From Patescibacteria group bacterium (GTDB taxonomy: Bacteria > Patescibacteriota > Microgenomatia > UBA1400 > PJMF01), in NCBI GenBank assembly GCA_039714855.1, contig JBDLIL010000001.1:1-55502 (forward strand): a stretch of DNA of 55,502 nucleotides, in the 5' to 3' direction. How positions within the stretch are numbered: position 1 is the stretch's first letter; each line of letters begins with the position of its first letter. The notes under the pieces are model-generated. The model was given only the letters and a program-made list of their open reading frames with translations. It searched no databases and was not told the origin of the DNA. Below are positions 44,323-50,260 of the stretch, in pieces. Both the position numbers and the translations under genes were made by a program.

Positions 44323-44739
44323 ATGCATAAAATTCTAATTATCGAAGATGATCTGTTAATTTCCAGAATGTATCAATCAGTTTTCAAGTTTGAGAAATTT
44401 GACGTAGAAATTGCTAGAGACGGGGAGCAAGGATTAGAAAAACTCAAAGAAATGCCACTTCCCGTGATCATATTGCTAGACATTATGATGCCAAAAATGA
44501 ACGGCATTGACGTCCTCAAAAAAATTAAAAACAATCTTAAAACCAAAAACATCCCCGTAATAGTTCTCACTAATTTAGCTGGTAAGCAAGATGCTGAAGC
44601 AGCACTTAAGCTGGGAGCAGTAAAATTCATTGTTAAATCTGATCACAAGCCCAAGCAGGTGGTAGCCGATGTAAGAGAAATCTTAGCTGCTTCCACTAGA
44701 GAGGCAATACCTGAAACTACTCCAGATGACAAAGATTAA
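44323..44739 (+). CDS. single-domain response regulator
   Basis: MHKILIIEDDLLISRMYQ, VIILLDIMMPKMNG, VIVLTN, FIVKS. Confidence 0.85.
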   Translation: MHKILIIEDDLLISRMYQSVFKFEKFDVEIARDGEQGLEKLKEMPLPVIILLDIMMPKMNGIDVLKKIKNNLKTKNIPVIVLTNLAGKQDAEAALKLGAVKFIVKSDHKPKQVVADVREILAASTREAIPETTPDDKD

Positions 44740-44741
44740 TT

Positions 44742-46340
44742 CTAAATTTGGTCGATAATGTATCTAGAAATGAAATAGGCTGGAACTATAGAAAAAGTCA
44801 AAAGGATTGCTGTTACTATAAAAGTTTGTTCTATTAGTTTACTAGCTGCTTGCAAGGTAGAAATTTGAGTTCGGCCAACAAACAACATTCCAAGTGGATT
44901 GTTATTAATGTCTTTTAGGGGCATGTAAGCAGCTAGATAAGGCACATTGAGAATGCTTGCGGCACCTGAGTATAACTTACCTTCTTTGAGAACATCCTTC
45001 TGGATTTGAGGAGATACTTCCTTGATCCCAACCCAACGACTTTTACCATCAGGAGCAATAAAAGTGGTAGCTGAGCGAATATTATCAGCATAAACACTAG
45101 CATCCAAGCCAGTAGCCGATTTAAGACCATCTACAAAAGCATTATCGATTCGAGTACCAATTACCAAGGCTCCTACTAGCTTATCACCATCATAAATAGG
45201 AGCAGAAGCACGAACCGATAATTCTGGTGCCATGACTCCCTCCTTGGTGATTAAATCAGCGACAGCTTCGTTAGCCAAAGCTTTTTTTACCAATCGATCA
45301 TCCGAGAGCGATCCACCTATTTTTTCAGGATCATCAGCTCTAATCAAAACGGCTCCATTCTCATCAACTACTGTCAAAAAAGACTGTTTCTTAGTCAAGA
45401 GCATAGAAGAAGTCAAATCAGCAAGTTGCTTGCGCTTTTGATCTTTAGCAGCCAAAACTACATCGCTATTTTGAGATATAACTTGAGCATCAGATAGTAC
45501 CTCAGATTTTTTACTATCGATACTATACTGCAAAACTTTAGCGCTTATTTCTAAGTTGTGCAAAATATCTTTTTTTAAATTAGCCAAAGAGACAGATGTA
45601 AAGAAAATCGCTGTCACTAAAAAAACTGATAAAGTACTGGTGGTAAAAATGATAAAAAGCTGAGTCTCCAGGCGCTTAATTAAATAACCCCAAACCCATT
45701 TTCCCAACACCAACATGGCTATCGCTAATAACAAATTTTCAATAACCCAAACTGATCCATAGGGTGATACCAACTTTAATAAGTCTATGTTGGTAGTAGT
45801 TCTAAAAATGCTAGCTAGTGAACTAATTTCCTTGATAGCTAAAATAAAAAAACTCCAACTAATTGGTTTTAGATGATGCTCTAAACCAACAGTGGCTCTT
45901 CTAAGGTATAAAAATGCTGTTAAGGTGGCCAAGATCGGATGAATAAAAGCAACAACCTGAACCAAGGGAAAACCAACTAATGGCATGACTAAAATTGCTG
46001 CAGATTTCTTGCGACGATAGCTGGGTAGTTCTTGAATTGGGTTGATCACCTGACCAACAATTAAAGTTAAATAGCCAAGGGTTTTGGCAAAGCTAACTAT
46101 AAACCCTAAAGTCTCAGCCCCTAGTAAAGGCTGTTCTAACAAAGATTGCTCAATAATGGTTGAAGCAACTACAAAAGAAATAGAGAGTAATAAAAAACCT
46201 AATGATTTTGTACCCTCGATAGCATTTTTCTGAATCAACCAAGCATCATAATACAACCAAGCTACTGCAAAACAAACTAGAGCTGCTAACAAATTTAAAG
46301 TGAAGTGAGCGTTAAGTAATAAAAATCTGAATTCTAGCAT
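44742..46340 (-). CDS. polytopic membrane protein with an extracytoplasmic double-Cache-like domain and no output domain
   Basis: About 8 N-terminal TM segments, then a about 250-aa region (..VVDENGAVLIRADD..IGGSLSDD..VKKAL..; ..LVGALVIGTRIDNAFVDGLK..; ..NNNPLGMLFVGR..) and a final TM. Start set at MLEFRF (46340); the upstream part of the ORF is antisense to the PAS gene. Confidence 0.6.
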   Translation of the reverse strand: MLEFRFLLLNAHFTLNLLAALVCFAVAWLYYDAWLIQKNAIEGTKSLGFLLLSISFVVASTIIEQSLLEQPLLGAETLGFIVSFAKTLGYLTLIVGQVINPIQELPSYRRKKSAAILVMPLVGFPLVQVVAFIHPILATLTAFLYLRRATVGLEHHLKPISWSFFILAIKEISSLASIFRTTTNIDLLKLVSPYGSVWVIENLLLAIAMLVLGKWVWGYLIKRLETQLFIIFTTSTLSVFLVTAIFFTSVSLANLKKDILHNLEISAKVLQYSIDSKKSEVLSDAQVISQNSDVVLAAKDQKRKQLADLTSSMLLTKKQSFLTVVDENGAVLIRADDPEKIGGSLSDDRLVKKALANEAVADLITKEGVMAPELSVRASAPIYDGDKLVGALVIGTRIDNAFVDGLKSATGLDASVYADNIRSATTFIAPDGKSRWVGIKEVSPQIQKDVLKEGKLYSGAASILNVPYLAAYMPLKDINNNPLGMLFVGRTQISTLQAASKLIEQTFIVTAILLTFSIVPAYFISRYIIDQI

Positions 46341-46341
46341 A

Positions 46342-46881
46342 ATGAGTAAATTAATCTTATCAAAAAACCAAACTTCTTTCTTTCCCACTTTGCAAAAAAA
46401 ATTATCATGTGAGATCATGGAAGGCATGAAAGATGAATTAAAAACACTCGCTGACAAAGCAAAAGCGCTCGCTATTGTACTTGATAACATTCCACTACAT
46501 ATCGTAATCACAGATCCAGATGGAAAAGTTATTACTGCCAATAAAGCAGTAGAAACAATTACTGGCTTCAAAAAAGAGGAAATAATTGGCAAAACTCCTA
46601 GGTTGTGGGGCCAACAAATGGATAAATCTTTTTACGAAGAATTCTGGAAAGTGATTAAGGATAATAAGAAAATTTATGCTGGAATCATCACAAATAAGAA
46701 GAAGAGTGGGGCAAAGTATCATGCTGCTGTCAAAGTTTCCCCTATTTTAGATAAAAACAACGAGCTAATTGGTTTCTGTGGAATAGAACAAGACATTACG
46801 GATATCCAAAAATTGAGCGATGAGCATGATTTAAGCGCTAGACGCAAAGATATACTCAAAAGATCAATGTCCTTTAGTTAG
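46342..46881 (+). CDS. stand-alone PAS-domain protein
   Basis: LDNIPLHIVITDPDGKVITANKAVETITGFKKEEIIGKTPRLWG...GAKYHAAVKVSPILDKNNELIGFCGIEQDIT. Alternative starts at 46417 and 46426. Confidence 0.6.
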   Translation: MSKLILSKNQTSFFPTLQKKLSCEIMEGMKDELKTLADKAKALAIVLDNIPLHIVITDPDGKVITANKAVETITGFKKEEIIGKTPRLWGQQMDKSFYEEFWKVIKDNKKIYAGIITNKKKSGAKYHAAVKVSPILDKNNELIGFCGIEQDITDIQKLSDEHDLSARRKDILKRSMSFS

Positions 46882-46889
46882 TAATAGAT

Positions 46890-47591
46890 ATGAATACTTC
46901 AGCTTCAATAATTCCTGGTTATACCGCACCTATTCCTCCGGGCAATGTAACTCCAACCCAAGCAGGTTCTGTTCCTGCTACTCCAACTGTTCCTAACACA
47001 ACTCCAGCGACAACTACCGTTGCCGCTCCTACTCCCCCCACCCCTACTCCTGCCTCCCCAACTGTTCCTGCTCCCAAAACAACAAATACTCCACCAAACA
47101 ACAAACCAGATAACGAGAATGAGGTAATTCCCTTGGAAAAAAAGAACTCTAAGCTCTATAGAATAGGCATTATCCTGTTGATGTTGATTTTGGCTAGCAC
47201 TGTTAGTATTTTTTACATAAGAACGCAAACTCAAACTACGATTGCTGAGAAAGAGGTTAATTCTGACCCTACACCCAAAGCTAGTCTCGCACCGACACCT
47301 GAAATAAGCTCTCTAGAGAAAAATGAAATTTCACTTGAAATCTTAAATGGCACTTCTACAAAAGGTTTAGCAGGTAAAACGGCTGAAAAATTTGAAAAAT
47401 TAGGATATGAAATAAAGAAAATTGGTAATGCTGATGATGCCGAAAACCATGAACTACATGTTAAAACTGAATTTGCAAACCAATTATCCAAACTACTGAA
47501 AGATGTAAAAGAAGAATTAGAGATCGAAGAAGTCACAGAAAAAGTTGATGATCTAAGTAGCACTGCCAGAATTATCTTGGGCAAAAATTAA
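46890..47591 (+). CDS. LytR_C-domain membrane protein with a Pro/Thr-rich N-terminus
   Basis: TM at IGIILLMLILASTVSIFYI and C-terminal ISLEILNGTSTKGLAGKTAEKFEKLGYEI in the LytR_C pattern. Confidence 0.6.
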   Translation: MNTSASIIPGYTAPIPPGNVTPTQAGSVPATPTVPNTTPATTTVAAPTPPTPTPASPTVPAPKTTNTPPNNKPDNENEVIPLEKKNSKLYRIGIILLMLILASTVSIFYIRTQTQTTIAEKEVNSDPTPKASLAPTPEISSLEKNEISLEILNGTSTKGLAGKTAEKFEKLGYEIKKIGNADDAENHELHVKTEFANQLSKLLKDVKEELEIEEVTEKVDDLSSTARIILGKN

Positions 47592-47598
47592 AAAAACT

Positions 47599-47913
47599 TC
47601 ACTCAAGCTTGTTAATCAATTGAACAATTTGATCTCGATGATTATCGATAACTTCTTGATCGCGAAATTGTGTAGAGAAATTTTCTAAGCCAGCTACTAC
47701 TTTTTTAAGAATCTCTTTGTTTGGATTATCGAAATCCCCCCCCGCATCACTAAAAGCCTTTCTTATGAGTTCTTCGCAATATTCTACGGGTGCTTTTTTT
47801 CCAAAACCAGCATCATTGCAATGAGCCTCATAAAAACATTTAACCACAGCATCTCTAACCATTGGAGCCGTAACTTTGCCGTCAAGACCTACTCCATAAA
47901 TTTTTTTTGACAT
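47599..47913 (-). CDS. hypothetical 104-aa cytoplasmic protein
   Basis: ORF directly downstream of tatA paralogue 1 on the same strand. No family recognised. Confidence 0.45.
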   Translation of the reverse strand: MSKKIYGVGLDGKVTAPMVRDAVVKCFYEAHCNDAGFGKKAPVEYCEELIRKAFSDAGGDFDNPNKEILKKVVAGLENFSTQFRDQEVIDNHRDQIVQLINKLE

Positions 47914-47920
47914 ATTTTAC

Positions 47921-48094
47921 CTAATCTTCTTTAACATCTTTTAGAGCTTTATCAAACTCTTTTTTTGCTTTTTTTAACTCTTTGCCAGATTCACCTAAAC
48001 CCCTAGCCAATTCAGGTAATTTTTTACCCCCAAACAAAAACAAAATCACTAAAGCAACCACGATCAGCTCAGTAGAACTAACACTATTTAACAT
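47921..48094 (-). CDS. tatA: TatA/E-family protein, paralogue 1 (57 aa)
   Basis: Hand translation: MLNSVSSTELIVVALVILFLFGGKKLPELARGLGESGKELKKAKKEFDKALKDVKED. AAGGAG Shine-Dalgarno sequence 8 nt upstream. Below the ORF-track length cutoff. Confidence 0.75.
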   Translation of the reverse strand: MLNSVSSTELIVVALVILFLFGGKKLPELARGLGESGKELKKAKKEFDKALKDVKED

Positions 48095-48115
48095 AATAAG
48101 TACTCCTTATGGGTT

Positions 48116-48280
48116 TTACTTATCTTCCAAAGCCTTGTTAAGATCTTTCTTTGCTTTTTTTAACTCTTTGCCAGATTCACCTAAACCTTTAGCGATTTTA
48201 GGCAACTTTGCTCCTCCAAACAGAATCAAAAGCAAAGAAAACATAATAAGGATTTCCATCCAACCAATATTTGCAAACAT
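48116..48280 (-). CDS. tatA: TatA/E-family protein, paralogue 2 (54 aa)
   Basis: Hand translation: MFANIGWMEILIMFSLLLILFGGAKLPKIAKGLGESGKELKKAKKDLNKALEDK. GGAGG Shine-Dalgarno sequence upstream. Confidence 0.7.
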   Translation of the reverse strand: MFANIGWMEILIMFSLLLILFGGAKLPKIAKGLGESGKELKKAKKDLNKALEDK

Positions 48281-48354
48281 TACAACCTCCAATTTTTCAT
48301 TTAGTATTAAAATTAATAGTAGCTTAGTTTTTTAAATAAATAAAGTCTTATTTA

Positions 48355-48879
48355 TTATTTTAGCGAAGCTAGAGTTGCCTTGGTCTTGATATCTTTGATA
48401 GCTTTTCCTGTAGTACCAGTATTTAAGTGACTGGCTAATATTTCTTCCCACACGGCTGCTGGAACACTAGTATCAAGCCCTGTCATTAATTTATCGTGCT
48501 CTGCAGTGGTAAGAGCAGAACCACCTGTAACCAAAGTAGAAGCTGCTGATTGAATTAGTTTAACTTGAACTCCGGCAGTGTAAGCAACAGGCCCATCGGT
48601 AGTGTGACCACCTACCAGGTTACCACCAACAATTGAAGCAGTATAACTACCCGACCAAAAACGCAGTTGCCAATCTGGGTCCAGAGTTAAAGTAATCCCA
48701 GTAGTAACTCCACCACCCAAGTCATCTTTACCTGTGGCATCACAAATTCTGGGAAAAGCCATTCCTCTAATGGATTGCTCCTCTTCTCGAATAGCATTGA
48801 ACAAATCCTGCACATCTACATCCACTTGCGGACTGACAACATCAATAATCTGGTTAATATGATCAAATGTATATGCCAT
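48355..48879 (-). CDS. 174-aa leaderless fibre-module-like protein
   Basis: MAYTFDHINQIIDVVSPQVDVDVQDLFNAIREEE...LDPDWQLRFW...IVGGNLVG..TDG and C-terminal LTTAEHDKL...AAVWEEILASHLNTGTTGKAIKDIK. From memory this resembles the N-terminal adaptor plus a conserved motif of phage tail-fibre-type proteins. Confidence 0.6.
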   Translation of the reverse strand: MAYTFDHINQIIDVVSPQVDVDVQDLFNAIREEEQSIRGMAFPRICDATGKDDLGGGVTTGITLTLDPDWQLRFWSGSYTASIVGGNLVGGHTTDGPVAYTAGVQVKLIQSAASTLVTGGSALTTAEHDKLMTGLDTSVPAAVWEEILASHLNTGTTGKAIKDIKTKATLASLK

Positions 48880-48886
48880 GACAAAA

Positions 48887-49567
48887 CTAATTAATTACCT
48901 TATATCTTAATAAAAGGTAGTTGGTATCAAAAGTCTTAATCGAGATTAAGTTCAAAGGTCTGGCAGTAAATAAATCAGACTTTATTAGCATAGGGGTACC
49001 ATTATTGCTGACTAATAACGGATAAAAAACCACGGTTAAAAAATCTACCAAACCAAACTCAATCCAGCGACTATTAAACAAACCAGATGACTGAATTGTT
49101 AATTTTTTGACCTTATATTTTTTCCACAGCATCTCTGCCAAATGATTGATATCTATTTTTTTCTTATATCTTAGAAAATGACAATTAGAAGGATAAGATT
49201 TGCTAGAAAATTTATTTTTTTCCGTAGTAACTATAATTAACTTGGTCACAGATAAAGCTAAGTTCTTAATTCCTTTTAGACTAAGCTTATTATCTTCATC
49301 AAGCACTATCAATCTCACATCTTCTTTTTTGGGAACAAAAGTAGTGTTCTCAATACCAATTCTGATAACGGTCGCTACCGATACTAAGTTGAAAACGTCT
49401 GAAGTATGGGGAGAAAAATCAAAAAACTGCTGAATAACCCCTCTAATATTCTTTGAATGCTTCCAGCTTTTATTGGAATCGAGATCATCAGAATCCCTGC
49501 CAACCAAACAACCATCCACAGAAGAAGCCACAATTAAAGTCGTTTCTGGTTTTTGTAAATTATCCAC
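48887..49567 (-). CDS. RibD_C / dihydrofolate-reductase-like domain protein (GTG start)
   Basis: LIVASSVDGCLVG..., ..LTIQSSGLFNSRWIEFGLVDFLTVVFYPLLVSNNGTPML.., ending LLLRYKV. Matches the RibD C-terminal domain pattern. Confidence 0.55.
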   Translation of the reverse strand: MDNLQKPETTLIVASSVDGCLVGRDSDDLDSNKSWKHSKNIRGVIQQFFDFSPHTSDVFNLVSVATVIRIGIENTTFVPKKEDVRLIVLDEDNKLSLKGIKNLALSVTKLIIVTTEKNKFSSKSYPSNCHFLRYKKKIDINHLAEMLWKKYKVKKLTIQSSGLFNSRWIEFGLVDFLTVVFYPLLVSNNGTPMLIKSDLFTARPLNLISIKTFDTNYLLLRYKVIN

Positions 49568-49602
49568 AAAAATAATTGTATCATCTTTAAGATGAGAAAT
49601 TA

Positions 49603-49779
49603 TTAAGCAGACTTATCTGACTTGTCTTTTTTTTGAGATTTATCCTCAAAGCTTTTTTTGAATTCTTTTTTTGAGTCGACTAAGCCTTTGGCGAACTCGG
49701 GTAATTTCTTAGCTCCAAAAAGCATCAAAATTACCAAAGCAATGACAACGATCTCAAAAGTGCCGATGTTCTGAAGCAT
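49603..49779 (-). CDS. tatA: TatA/E-family protein, paralogue 3 (58 aa)
   Basis: Hand translation: MLQNIGTFEIVVIALVILMLFGAKKLPEFAKGLVDSKKEFKKSFEDKSQKKDKSDKSA. AAGGAG Shine-Dalgarno sequence upstream. Confidence 0.75.
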   Translation of the reverse strand: MLQNIGTFEIVVIALVILMLFGAKKLPEFAKGLVDSKKEFKKSFEDKSQKKDKSDKSA

Positions 49780-49843
49780 GGTTCTCCTTTCAAATAATTA
49801 CTAACATAATATAGTTAGTTGTGTTTAATGTCCAGCAGAATCA

Positions 49844-50254
49844 CTAAAAGAACACTGCTATTTTAGTGTTGTATAAATAGTGAATCACTATGGCAAATAA
49901 TAGGGCAAATAAAGTTCGCCCTTTTCCAGATTTAACTCCAAAATAAATTATAATCGAGGTAGTTAAATGCAGCAAACTAGTTAAAATAAGCCGTGAAAAA
50001 AGATTATCAATATTCCACAATAAAAAAAAGTTCATCAAATAAAGAATACTCTCAGAAGTAGAAAAAATTGCAGCAGCCAATATCAGGTAAATAAAATAAT
50101 TCTTTTTATTTTGATTTTCAGCTCTAACTAAAAATACTACCACTATCAACTTAAATAATTCTTCAAAAATATGTGGCCATGGTAAAAACTGTTCTAAAGG
50201 TAACAAAAAAAAAGGTCCGAAGAGAGAGAAGATTAAAACTAATACAATTATCAT
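49844..50254 (-). CDS. small polytopic membrane protein, PrsW-like intramembrane protease candidate
   Basis: EELFK (E-E-x-x-K) in the first TM region and HYLYN (H-x-x-x-N) near the C-terminus. At 136 aa it is shorter than typical PrsW. Confidence 0.45.
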   Translation of the reverse strand: MIIVLVLIFSLFGPFFLLPLEQFLPWPHIFEELFKLIVVVFLVRAENQNKKNYFIYLILAAAIFSTSESILYLMNFFLLWNIDNLFSRLILTSLLHLTTSIIIYFGVKSGKGRTLFALLFAIVIHYLYNTKIAVFF

Positions 50255-50260
50255 AAATTT

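Noticed and set aside
46341-46592. N-terminal 84 codons of the 616-aa minus-strand ORF
   Set aside because: This part is antisense to a well-formed PAS domain and has Ser/Ile-rich shadow-like composition. The membrane protein most plausibly starts at MLEFRF (46340).
46905-47584. Three minus-strand ORFs antisense to the LytR_C-domain gene
   Set aside because: The sense ORF has a clear TM segment and LytR_C motif. The antisense ORFs are low-complexity mirrors of the Pro/Thr-rich and Lys/Glu-rich coding tracts.
47982-48335. Plus-strand 117-aa ORF with an internal repeat (PDSPKPLA..GNF.PPN twice)
   Set aside because: It is the antisense shadow of the duplicated tatA1 and tatA2 genes. The repeat simply mirrors the 38-nt identical tatA core. 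The same applies to 53869-54123, which is antisense to tatA5.
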